Positions 56,112 through 64,000 of a stretch of DNA of 64,000 bases are shown here, one piece after another. A model generated the notes under the pieces. That model worked only from the letters and a program-made list of their open reading frames with translations. It ran no database searches and was not told where the DNA came from. The stretch comes from Acidobacteriota bacterium (GTDB lineage Bacteria; Acidobacteriota; Aminicenantia; Aminicenantales; Saccharicenantaceae), in the NCBI GenBank assembly GCA_028749205.1, contig JAQULR010000004.1, positions 41,742-105,741 of the forward strand. Direction: 5' to 3'. Both the position numbers and the translations under genes were made by a program. The stretch's first letter is position 1; each line of letters begins with the position of its first letter.

Positions 56112-56469
56112 CTAATCCATAATCATTTAGGTAATCTGCGTTGCCTATAACGCTCTCATTAACATATTATTAAACGAAGACGGAAGGGATAAGGTTCACT
56201 ATTTCAAAAAAAATAAGGGGGGAAAAGGACCTAATCTAATCTGCCGGGTTTTTAGCCGGATAAGGCCGGCTCAAAAAAATCATTAATAAGGCTGACATAT
56301 TATCAGAATTGCTAAAATAAAGAAGGACCATTAAGTATCCCGTCTGGTAAGTAATTTACCAAATTCCTCCGCCAGGAAGCGACACCTACCTGGTGGATAA
56401 AATCGCTTTACATTTTTTGTAGATTCAAGGATTATATGGCATTAATGAGACTTGAGGAGATAGTGACCC

Positions 56470-57456
56470 ATGATAACTAAGAGAATTAAGTCAGTTGGAG
56501 TTTTGTTGACTGTTGCCTGTCTTTCGAGCCTGCCAGTGATGGCTTTTGCCCAGGAGAGAACCGGCGGAGGTCGAGGACAACAGGCTGCCCCGGATTTTAT
56601 TCAGGTTTTACTCAGACCCAAGTTCATCACCATGCTGGTAATCGCCGGGTTGGTTCTGGTTCTATTGCTCACCAGAAAGATGAATAACAAGCTTAAAGTG
56701 CCAATCCTGCTTTTGTCAACCTTCCTGTATGGCATCTCCGCCAATCTGGGCCTTAAACTCTTTGCTGGCTTTTCGATGCATCCTTCGCCAATCTGTGCGG
56801 CCACTAAATCGATACTTTATGGTTTCCGTATACCCATGATTGTCACTTTAGCAGTGATTCTATTTTTAACCCTGGTCGGGCCGAAGCTTTTCTGTGGCTG
56901 GGTTTGCCCGGTCGGGGCTATTCAGGAACTCATTGCCATGTTGGCGGATAAGGCAAAAATTAAAAGAAAAAAGCTAAATTTCCGTTTGACTCAGAGCATC
57001 AGAGTGTTGATTTTTATCGCCTTCATTTTTTTGAGCTTGACAGCTACCCTCCACACTGTATCCAATGGCCAGGTGGTGGCTCTGTCACTTTATGATTATA
57101 TTAACGCTTTCCATGGCTATGAAATGAGCCTTCAGCCGACCTTTGTCGATAATGTGGTCCATTTTTTACCGTTTGTTCTAACGCTAATTTTTGCCTTTGT
57201 TACTTATCGTCCTTTCTGTTACATAATCTGCCCTATCGGCCTCATTACTAATGTGGTTGAGCAGATTGCCCTCTTCCGGGTGGTCAAAAAGAAAGATGCC
57301 TGTACTGACTGTCAGGATTGTGTCAGCAAATCACCTTGTCCGACCACGGCTGAGATACTTAAGGAGTCTGTCTTGAAACCGGATTGTTTCTCCTGCACCG
57401 TCTGTACCAGGAGCTGCAGCCTGGACCTGCTCCGCTTCGGCCTAAAGAACAAATAA
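56470..57456 (+). CDS. Membrane-bound 4Fe-4S ferredoxin-type protein (NapH/NosR-like)
   Basis: Paired CxxCP motifs in TM context (FCGWVCPVG, FCYIICPIG). C-terminal clusters CTDCQDC...CP and CFSCTVCTRSC. Confidence 0.75.
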   Translation: MITKRIKSVGVLLTVACLSSLPVMAFAQERTGGGRGQQAAPDFIQVLLRPKFITMLVIAGLVLVLLLTRKMNNKLKVPILLLSTFLYGISANLGLKLFAGFSMHPSPICAATKSILYGFRIPMIVTLAVILFLTLVGPKLFCGWVCPVGAIQELIAMLADKAKIKRKKLNFRLTQSIRVLIFIAFIFLSLTATLHTVSNGQVVALSLYDYINAFHGYEMSLQPTFVDNVVHFLPFVLTLIFAFVTYRPFCYIICPIGLITNVVEQIALFRVVKKKDACTDCQDCVSKSPCPTTAEILKESVLKPDCFSCTVCTRSCSLDLLRFGLKNK

Positions 57457-57466
57457 ATTGGAAAAA

Positions 57467-57489
57467 GGGGGACACAATATCGTGTCCCC
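57467..57489. repeat. REP-like palindrome copy D (GGGGGACACAATATCGTGTCCCC)
   Basis: It lies 11 nt after the stop at 57456 and has the same polarity as copies A and F. Confidence 0.85.
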
Positions 57490-57615
57490 GATTTTTCCCC
57501 TATTTAAGAGCCAGATGCATCCGGGAGAATGTGGGCGGAGTATCGATAGTTATTAATATCTTAGAAGCTTTAGACTTTTAGCTGTTTGTAACTTAAAGAA
57601 AAATAAGCAATAAAA

Positions 57616-58860
57616 CTAGGGACACAATAGTGTGTCCCTCATTTCTTTGAGGAATGGTTCTTTAAGGCTGTGGCCGGAAAAGAAGATTACTCCGTTAGCT
57701 CCGGCTTCCTGGGCCAGCCTGATCTCCTCTATCATAATATCCGGTGTGCTTTGATTGTGCGAGGTGCCAAGGCCAAGGCCGGCACAGACCAGGACCTTTT
57801 TACCCGGGCCAGCCGGGTCCCTGTAAGAAACAGCTTTTTTGATAAGCTTATCAAAAAGGGCCGTATCGTTCGTATAGAGCATCGGGCAGATCATCTCCAC
57901 CAGGCCTTGACGCATCCATTCTTCCCAGTCCTGTCCTATGAGAACCCGGGCATTATCGGCATCAGGAAAGACAGCTGCACTGATTTTAACCTGCCTGCCA
58001 GTCTTGTTTAGCTCTGCCCGGAGTTCCTTAACTAAGCGGGTCACCTGGTCGCGGTTCCACTCCAGCCAGACATTCCAGTATGGATTTCCAGAATCGCGGG
58101 CTTTAAGGCTGCCAAAATCAATCCCGGTTTCCTCTTTGAAAAGCTGCCTGGTTTGAGCATCATGACTGAAGTAAGGCTCGGTTGGTTCACAGGGAAAACG
58201 GATATAATCAAGATGAATCCAGTTAACTCCATACTTTCTGACCAGCTCAGTCATTAGGCTTATCTCATAGGCCCGGACCTGGGGAAGAGCCGGATTGACG
58301 GTGCGAACCATTTCCCGTCCTGGTCCAACTATCAGCCATTCTGGATGCTCCCTGACCTGACCAAGAAGCCCGGTCTCAGGAAAGACGCAGAACCAGGGAT
58401 GGACCTCCATCTTTCTTTTCCGAGCCTCTGCCAGAAAAAGGCCAAAGAAATCCCAGTCATAAGCCAGGTCTTTCACCCCGATTTCGCTGTTGTAATAGAC
58501 ATGGCCGCTGGTATCTTTAACCAGCATGATAAGGGTATTTATACCAGCCTTAGCATAGTCATCAAGAGTCCTTTTTATCTTATCTGCAGCAAGTTCTTTA
58601 TCCGGTCCGAACATGCCAGGGTGCATCCAGACTCCGCTGACCCAGGGACTCAGGGCTGACTCCGGAAGGTCAACCTTTGGTTCTTTAATGGGCTTAAGTT
58701 TTTGCCCATTTTTACCTGGGCTACCTGTGATAACTGAGGCCGCGCCTCCTATGATCAAAAATACCAGCAAAAAACTCAGCCCTCTTATAATTCCTGTCCT
58801 TAGTGCCGTCTGCAGATTAGATAGCATCTTGGCCCTCCCAGAGATATTTCTTGTCATCAT
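57616..58860 (-). CDS. Glycoside-hydrolase-like GHL10 / UPF0748 (YngK/YddW-like) family protein
   Basis: N-terminal TM/signal. GINTLIMLVKDTSGHVYYNSE and IHLDYIRFP motifs are typical of the family. Confidence 0.7.
   Translation of the reverse strand: MMTRNISGRAKMLSNLQTALRTGIIRGLSFLLVFLIIGGAASVITGSPGKNGQKLKPIKEPKVDLPESALSPWVSGVWMHPGMFGPDKELAADKIKRTLDDYAKAGINTLIMLVKDTSGHVYYNSEIGVKDLAYDWDFFGLFLAEARKRKMEVHPWFCVFPETGLLGQVREHPEWLIVGPGREMVRTVNPALPQVRAYEISLMTELVRKYGVNWIHLDYIRFPCEPTEPYFSHDAQTRQLFKEETGIDFGSLKARDSGNPYWNVWLEWNRDQVTRLVKELRAELNKTGRQVKISAAVFPDADNARVLIGQDWEEWMRQGLVEMICPMLYTNDTALFDKLIKKAVSYRDPAGPGKKVLVCAGLGLGTSHNQSTPDIMIEEIRLAQEAGANGVIFFSGHSLKEPFLKEMRDTLLCP
57619..57638. repeat. REP-like palindrome copy E (GGGACACAATAGTGTGTCCC), embedded in the 3' end of a CDS
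   Basis: It is the exact reverse complement of the 20-nt core of copies A and F. It encodes the last 7 codons (RDTLLCP) of the gene 57616-58860. Confidence 0.85.
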
Positions 58861-58900
58861 TTATCGGAGAATCTTTAATCATGTGCCATAACCTTTTCTA

Positions 58901-59977
58901 TTAATGGATGAAGCCGGCTCCCAGGACTGATTCCCCCTCGTATAAGACGGCAACCTGGCCAGGGGTTACGGCTTTATAGGGCTCCTGCAGGGTAACTTCG
59001 ACCGTTCGCCCCCCGTTTTCAGCAACCAGTCGGCAGTCAAGCTCGGGTGACTTATAACGAATCTTTACCTTAGCTTTAATTTCCTGTCCAGCTTCTGGGA
59101 GACGGGCAATCCAGTTCATTCCCTCTACTGAAAATTTCTCAGTTAGCAGGTCTTTTTCTTCACCGAGATAGACGGTGTTGGTGGTGGCCTCTATCCTGAT
59201 CACATAGAGACGCTGCCCGCCGGCCACGCCCAGTCCCCGGCGCTGGCCAACTGTGTAATTCGCGATGCCGTTATGCCGTCCGATGGTCTGGCCTTTCAGG
59301 TCTTTAATCGAACCTGGTTTTCCCTTATCCAGAAGGTCGCGGTAATCTCCGGCGTAGAAATCCTGGCTCTCTTCTTTATCGCTAACAGGCAGGTTGTGGT
59401 CACGGGCAATTTTTCTGACCTCAGCTTTGCTCAGTTCTCCCAGCGGAAACAGGCTTCGGCTGAGCTGCTTCTGGCTTAACAGAGATAAAAAATAGGACTG
59501 GTCCTTTTTAGGGTCAAGGCCCTTGAGCAGAAGCCAGCGTCCGCTCCTCTCATCATGCTTAACTCGGGCATAATGGCCGGTGGCAAAATAATCATAGTCC
59601 CGGCCAAGCCTCCGGCAGCCATCGAGCAGCAAACCAAATTTTATTTCCGCATTGCACTTAACACATGGATTGGGAGTTCGGCCCGATGAATATTCCTGGC
59701 GGAAATAATTAAGTATTCTGTCCTCATATTCCTGCCGCAAGTCGACAATATGGAAATCTATGCCGAGATGCTCAGCCACAGTTTCGACTGCTTTTATTTC
59801 TTCATTTTTTTTCTCACCGAAGCAGGCTGGTTTTCGCCTGGTCGGAATCGCATCTTCCGAGCTTATTTTCATGGTGACTCCGGTGACTTCATATCCCGCC
59901 TGTTTAAGCAGAAGGGCAGCCACCGAGGAATCCACCCCGCCACTCATCGCCACCAGCACTCTCTTAGCTTGAGCCAT
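58901..59977 (-). CDS. mnmA: tRNA-specific 2-thiouridylase
   Basis: PP-loop VAMSGGVDSSVAA, NPCVKCN, and full MnmA length and C-terminal barrel. Confidence 0.9.
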   Translation of the reverse strand: MAQAKRVLVAMSGGVDSSVAALLLKQAGYEVTGVTMKISSEDAIPTRRKPACFGEKKNEEIKAVETVAEHLGIDFHIVDLRQEYEDRILNYFRQEYSSGRTPNPCVKCNAEIKFGLLLDGCRRLGRDYDYFATGHYARVKHDERSGRWLLLKGLDPKKDQSYFLSLLSQKQLSRSLFPLGELSKAEVRKIARDHNLPVSDKEESQDFYAGDYRDLLDKGKPGSIKDLKGQTIGRHNGIANYTVGQRRGLGVAGGQRLYVIRIEATTNTVYLGEEKDLLTEKFSVEGMNWIARLPEAGQEIKAKVKIRYKSPELDCRLVAENGGRTVEVTLQEPYKAVTPGQVAVLYEGESVLGAGFIH

Positions 59978-60015
59978 CTTTCTCCCGCCCCTTTATTTTA
60001 ACACCAATTAAAAAA

Positions 60016-60037
60016 GGGGGACACACTATTGTGTCCC
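60016..60037. repeat. REP-like palindrome copy F (GGGGGACACACTATTGTGTCCC)
   Basis: Identical to copy A over 22 nt. It lies between divergently oriented genes, 39 nt upstream of the mnmA start. Confidence 0.85.
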
Positions 60038-60470
60038 GCGTTTTTCTATTACCCCCCTTCTCTCCTGGATAGCATACTCAAAACCCAACAACCCAATTGA
60101 GCCTTTTATTTGACTTTACAGTAAACTTTTATGAAAATAAAAAAGACATCTTAGGGGAAGGAAGAGGATGCTGACTCCAGGCAATCTAAGATTTCTTTCT
60201 TTATTATTACCAATTGTAGCCTTTACCATCTTTCCCTTTCAGGCCATGACTGATAAGGCTCAATTGCCGTCAGCCAGGAAAAAGAGGTGTCTGCTCCATT
60301 TGCCATGCCTTTCAGCGACAACCCCGGCCTCCTGGTAATTAAGCCAAAGGGCTGGAATTTTTTCTCTCCTGAGCCCGGTCAGGGCACCCTCCCCCTGCTT
60401 ATCTATTATCTATCCGCAGGGCAAGCTGGAAATCGAAGAAAGCCAACTGCTGTTCAAAGAAGCCATCTTA

Positions 60471-61184
60471 GTGGACATTCTTGACAGCCGACTAGACCTT
60501 AGGTTGGAAGACCTAATTAAAGAAGAAGTTGACCAGTTAGAAAACTACTACGGCTGGTTGACAATCCAGTCTACAACAGTAATGAGTTCAATGTCTGGCT
60601 TCAGATATCCGGTCTTAAAAATTGGAGGAGAGGAATCTGAGAAAATTATTTTTCTAGCTTTTAGCCTGGCAGGCGAGAAGGTAATTCAGATCATTCTGCT
60701 AACACATCCCGAGACTTATGAGAATTCCTGGCCGGCTTTCTTTTTTACTTTAATGACACTGCAGCCACTGCCAATCCATCTTGACCAGGATATCCTGAGA
60801 CTTCAGAGTAAGCCCGTTTTCACTCTGTTTGAAACCGACCTCCGGCAAAAACTACTTGATAAATCACCATACGAATATTGGGCGGCTTACCGGCCAGAGA
60901 CTGAAGTGCGCTTCAAGCATATTCAAAAATTCTCAGGTTATCAGCTTAATTTCGAAAAATCATTCAAGGTGATTTCTGTTGACAATGAAGGCGTGGTTAT
61001 GGAACTTCTGTTTGACTCAGTAAACTCGCTGAGCAACTGGTCTGAATTTCGGACAGGGGACCTGGAAAAGATTAATGTCGCCATGCTTCAGATAGCTTCA
61101 AGTGATATGGGGCTTTCCAAACAGATAGAGGAAAGTTTCAGGTCATTGGCTTCAGCCAATCTCAAGGTTAGCCTCAAAAACTAG
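60471..61184 (+). CDS. Hypothetical protein; probably the 3' part of a frameshifted longer gene starting at 60168
   Basis: GTG start in the track. The frame is open upstream to 60339. Two upstream short ORFs read as a natural N-terminal continuation: 60168-60338 carries a signal peptide, and 60257-60484 is in another frame. Confidence 0.55.
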   Translation: MDILDSRLDLRLEDLIKEEVDQLENYYGWLTIQSTTVMSSMSGFRYPVLKIGGEESEKIIFLAFSLAGEKVIQIILLTHPETYENSWPAFFFTLMTLQPLPIHLDQDILRLQSKPVFTLFETDLRQKLLDKSPYEYWAAYRPETEVRFKHIQKFSGYQLNFEKSFKVISVDNEGVVMELLFDSVNSLSNWSEFRTGDLEKINVAMLQIASSDMGLSKQIEESFRSLASANLKVSLKN

Positions 61185-61193
61185 AAAAAACCA

Positions 61194-61216
61194 GGGACAC
61201 GAGAGTGTGTCCCCCC
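61194..61216. repeat. REP-like palindrome copy G (GGGACACGAGAGTGTGTCCCCCC)
   Basis: It lies 10 nt after the stop at 61184 and has A-run and T-run flanks. Confidence 0.8.
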
Positions 61217-61234
61217 TTTTTAAGGAAGGTTATA

Positions 61235-62425
61235 ATGGCAAAAAAATCTTTGGCTATCGGGATATTACTTTGCTTCCTAATTTCTATCCCTGCTTGGCCG
61301 GCTAAAAAAATCACTACACTGAACTGGGCTGCATCCATTAACAATTCCGATTCAAAGGCCGAGCCGCAGGTTCAGGTTATTGAAAATCCGGCTAAACCTC
61401 CAGGCAGAAAACCCGCCCGGGTGGTTGAGCTAAAGCCCGTGCTATCTATCATGGATCAACCCGAGAATTTTTTCTTTAAATATCCATCTGATATCAAGTT
61501 GAGCCGGAACGGGCATATATTTGTCTTGGATAAGGAGCAGATTCTACATTTTGATTCTTCAGGAAAGTTTTTGGGAAACTACTTCAAAAAAGGTCAGGGG
61601 CCAGGAGAGATGCAGATGGTAACAGATATCGTTATTGATGGCGAAAATTTAGTGGCTTTTGACATCTATCCCAGGAAACTCTGCCGCTTTGATTTCAACG
61701 GAAATCTGCTGTCTGAAATTAAAGTAAGCGCACCGCAGATAGGAGGCAGTCTAGTGCATATTGACGGAAGCAGTTATTATTTTGTGCGGTCAGATTTTCC
61801 GGACACAGGCGGGAAATGGATTAAGGTGGATAATCTTAACTATTTTCAGGTTTACGACGCAAAGACAAATAAGCTGGAGGAACTGGCAGCTTTTCCCATA
61901 ACCACCTGGGCAATATCTCAAGGAGGTTCCAGAGGCCGGGCCGATACAACCCCATTCAGGGCTATACCTTATAAGAACAATCAATTTATCATCTCTCACA
62001 CAGAAGACTACCTGCTTAAAATATTCGATGTAGAGAAAAAGCAAGTGGTCGCCACCTTCAGGCGAAAATACAAGAGAGTAAAAATACCGGAGAAAAAAGA
62101 GCCTTCGGCCTGGATTGGAATCGGCGGTCAACGGTATTCATATAATCCAGCCTACTTTAATGACATATTAGAAGTCCTGGTTGTGGGTGATTTGATCTGG
62201 GCCCTGACCTCGACGGTGGATAAAAGCAAAGGTCTGCTGGTTGATGTCTTCAACCAGGAAGGGAAATACGTTGATTGCTTTTATCTGAAATTTCCGTTTG
62301 AAGTAAAGCCAAATAGCAGCACGCTGGGAATAGGTCTGGCTATCGACCCTGAGGGCCAGAGCCTGTGGGCCACAGTCAAAAATCCCGACGAAACCTTTTC
62401 AATAAAAAAATTCCAGCTGGACTAA
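61235..62425 (+). CDS. 6-bladed beta-propeller family protein (NHL-like), secreted
   Basis: Signal peptide MAKKSLAIGILLCFLISIPAWPA and a repetitive propeller-like sequence. I moved the start to ATG 61235, because the track start GTG 61205 lies inside repeat copy G. Confidence 0.65.
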   Translation: MAKKSLAIGILLCFLISIPAWPAKKITTLNWAASINNSDSKAEPQVQVIENPAKPPGRKPARVVELKPVLSIMDQPENFFFKYPSDIKLSRNGHIFVLDKEQILHFDSSGKFLGNYFKKGQGPGEMQMVTDIVIDGENLVAFDIYPRKLCRFDFNGNLLSEIKVSAPQIGGSLVHIDGSSYYFVRSDFPDTGGKWIKVDNLNYFQVYDAKTNKLEELAAFPITTWAISQGGSRGRADTTPFRAIPYKNNQFIISHTEDYLLKIFDVEKKQVVATFRRKYKRVKIPEKKEPSAWIGIGGQRYSYNPAYFNDILEVLVVGDLIWALTSTVDKSKGLLVDVFNQEGKYVDCFYLKFPFEVKPNSSTLGIGLAIDPEGQSLWATVKNPDETFSIKKFQLD

Positions 62426-62439
62426 AAACGGAAAAAATA

Positions 62440-62461
62440 GGGACACGATAGTGTGTCCCCC
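62440..62461. repeat. REP-like palindrome copy H (GGGACACGATAGTGTGTCCCCC)
   Basis: It lies 15 nt after the stop at 62425 and 66 nt upstream of the RAYT-type transposase start. Confidence 0.85.
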
Positions 62462-62527
62462 TTTTTTCTCCTAATTTTTTCTATGTAGTGAAAAAAAACT
62501 TGGTCGTCCAACGTCTATTCATTTATC

Positions 62528-63187
62528 ATGCCCAGGATAGCCCGAATCGTCATTCCTTACATCCCCCATCACGTAGTCCAGCGCGGGAACCGCAATCAGC
62601 GGGCCTTCTTTTCAGAAGATGACAAAAAGCTCTACCTGAAAATACTGGGCTTTAATTGCTCAAAGGAAAAAATTAAAATCTGGTGCTATTGTGTGATGGA
62701 TAATCACATTCATCTTGTGGCGGTCCCAGAAAGTGCTGAGCATCTGGTCAAAGCCATCGGTGAGACTCACAGAAAATACACCTGGATGATAAACACTCGC
62801 AATAACTGGAAAGGTTATCTCTGGCAGGGTCGGTTTCGGTCATATCCGATGGACGACGTCTATCTTCTCTGTTGCGTCAAATATATTGAGCGAAATCCGG
62901 TAAGGGCTGGTCTGGTCAGACTGGCCGAAGAATACCAGTGGTCAAGCGCCCGGGCCCACGTTTTTGGATTAAAGGATCCTGTGCTCAGTCCACTGCCTTT
63001 AGTCTCTCAAGTCAAGAACTGGAGTAATTTTCTCCGGGGGGAAGATAAGGAAGAAGATTTAGAACTTCTCAGGAAGAATCAAACAGTCGGCCGACCTCTT
63101 GGCAGCGAGGATTTTATCGAGATGATTGAAAAAACGACAGGGATCCGTTTAAGGAAAAGACCATCTGGACACCTTAGAAAAATATAA
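62528..63187 (+). CDS. rayT: HUH / Y1 single-strand DNA transposase of the REP-associated tyrosine transposase (RAYT, IS200-like) type
   Basis: N-terminus RIARIVIPYIPHHVVQRGNRNQ. HUH motif in MDNHIHLVAV. Catalytic-Tyr motif KYIERNPVRAGLV. The ORF is intact (219 aa). Confidence 0.8.
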   Translation: MPRIARIVIPYIPHHVVQRGNRNQRAFFSEDDKKLYLKILGFNCSKEKIKIWCYCVMDNHIHLVAVPESAEHLVKAIGETHRKYTWMINTRNNWKGYLWQGRFRSYPMDDVYLLCCVKYIERNPVRAGLVRLAEEYQWSSARAHVFGLKDPVLSPLPLVSQVKNWSNFLRGEDKEEDLELLRKNQTVGRPLGSEDFIEMIEKTTGIRLRKRPSGHLRKI

Positions 63188-63959
63188 AGCGGATAGCTAC
63201 AAACACCAGAAATATTCCATAAAGCATTTTGACTCGGGCGGTAGGCATGCGAATATTGATTCTGGCCCCGAAGACTGTCCCCAGCAGCAGGCCAGCAGCC
63301 AGCAGAAGGGCGATGTTAATGTCCAGGGTGCCCGCCTTATAATAATATATTACGCCAGGTAGACCAATCGGCGGCAACAGGGCAGCCAGCGAGGTGGCGA
63401 TAGCTCGTTTCGGTGGATATTTTAAGAACATAACCAAAAACGGCACGATGATGTTACCCCCTCCGATGCCAAACATCCCGGACATCACTCCGGCCACCAA
63501 ACCCACTCCCACCAGAGCCAGAAAATGGGGGTGGGGATGGTTATTGTTGTCAGGTTCAACTTCCGGTAAATAGCTTTCGCCGCGGAATCTTTTGAGCTTT
63601 TCCAGCGGTTTAATAAAATTCCAGCTGACATAAAGGCAAAAAATTCCATACAGGCGGCGCATTACGTCACCCGGGAGACTGTGAGCCAGCCAAGCTCCGA
63701 TCACCACTGACATCAACAGCCCTGAAGCAATGAATATGGCCGCTCTCAAGTCCAGGATACGGGCACGATAATAGGTAATCACCCCGAAAATACCCACGGG
63801 CAGCATGATAGCCGCCAGCGAGGTGCCGGTGGCTTTAATCAGAGGAAAGCCGGCCAGAATCACCATGACCGGCACCATGACGATGCCGCCGCCTATTCCA
63901 AAAAGGCCGGCAAAAATCCCGGCCAAAAATCCGATCGCCACAACTACCACGGCATTCAT
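63174..63959 (-). CDS. TauE/SafE family sulfite-exporter-like membrane protein
   Basis: Duplicated 4-TM halves with GIGGG motifs in both. Its 3' end overlaps the convergent transposase gene by 14 nt. Confidence 0.75.
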   Translation of the reverse strand: MNAVVVVAIGFLAGIFAGLFGIGGGIVMVPVMVILAGFPLIKATGTSLAAIMLPVGIFGVITYYRARILDLRAAIFIASGLLMSVVIGAWLAHSLPGDVMRRLYGIFCLYVSWNFIKPLEKLKRFRGESYLPEVEPDNNNHPHPHFLALVGVGLVAGVMSGMFGIGGGNIIVPFLVMFLKYPPKRAIATSLAALLPPIGLPGVIYYYKAGTLDINIALLLAAGLLLGTVFGARINIRMPTARVKMLYGIFLVFVAIRFIFF

Positions 63960-64000
63960 GCTGTGGATTATACCAAAATAAAAACGGGCATACGAGGGTG

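Noticed and set aside
56240-56285. The hairpin AGCCGG-ataagg-CCGGCT with neighbouring A- and T-runs as a terminator or repeat family member
   Set aside because: The T-run precedes rather than follows the stem on both strands. The sequence is unrelated to the GGGACAC family. It lies in a divergent promoter region.
61205-61234. Track start GTG 61205 for the beta-propeller protein
   Set aside because: That start codon lies within repeat copy G. ATG 61235 gives a canonical signal peptide.
47111-62461. Could the repeated GGGACAC...GTGTCCC elements be a CRISPR array?
   Set aside because: The copies are 0.13-5 kb apart and irregularly spaced. They occur in both orientations and are separated by full-length genes. 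They are palindromic with A/T-run flanks. No cas genes are present. This is not CRISPR architecture.

Overview
The window is a 64 kb bacterial chromosomal segment of moderate GC (judged by eye). It is densely packed, with about 50 protein-coding genes on both strands. I found no rRNA, tRNA or CRISPR array. The taxon cannot be determined from the sequence. It is probably a diderm from an uncultivated lineage: there are OMP beta-barrels ending in ...GYSF, a DUF5916/CBM9 protein and a 6-bladed propeller protein.

Content is mostly housekeeping, envelope and peptidase genes:
- Translation and RNA modification: an EF-G paralog, TruD, MnmA, and a Maf-RlmD fusion.
- Nucleotide and cofactor metabolism: pyrE, pyrB, thiM-thiE-thiL and ispD.
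- Peptidases: an M16 pair, M28, M55, and S9 DPP-IV.
- Two transglutaminase-core proteins.
- Transporters: MFS, NSS, GltS and TauE.
- Two polyprenol-phosphate glycosyltransferases.
- An operon pairing an aconitase-family LeuCD-like dehydratase with an isocitrate-lyase-family lyase.
- A cytidylyltransferase / CDP-alcohol phosphatidyltransferase pair.

The most unusual signals are:
1. A family of at least 8 near-identical GGGGACAC-(loop centred on TA)-GTGTCCCC palindromes. They sit at almost every gene boundary between 47.1 and 62.5 kb and end next to an intact HUH/Y1 REP-associated (RAYT-type) transposase gene. This looks like a REP/RAYT system.
2. A roughly 400 nt GC-rich, heavily self-complementary, ORF-free stretch between convergent genes at 38.25-38.66 kb. 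It looks like a structured ncRNA, but I cannot assign it to tmRNA, RNase P, SRP or any riboswitch I know.
3. A Maf-RlmD gene fusion embedded between pyrE and truD.

All calls come from reading the translations and the DNA by eye. No database searches were run.
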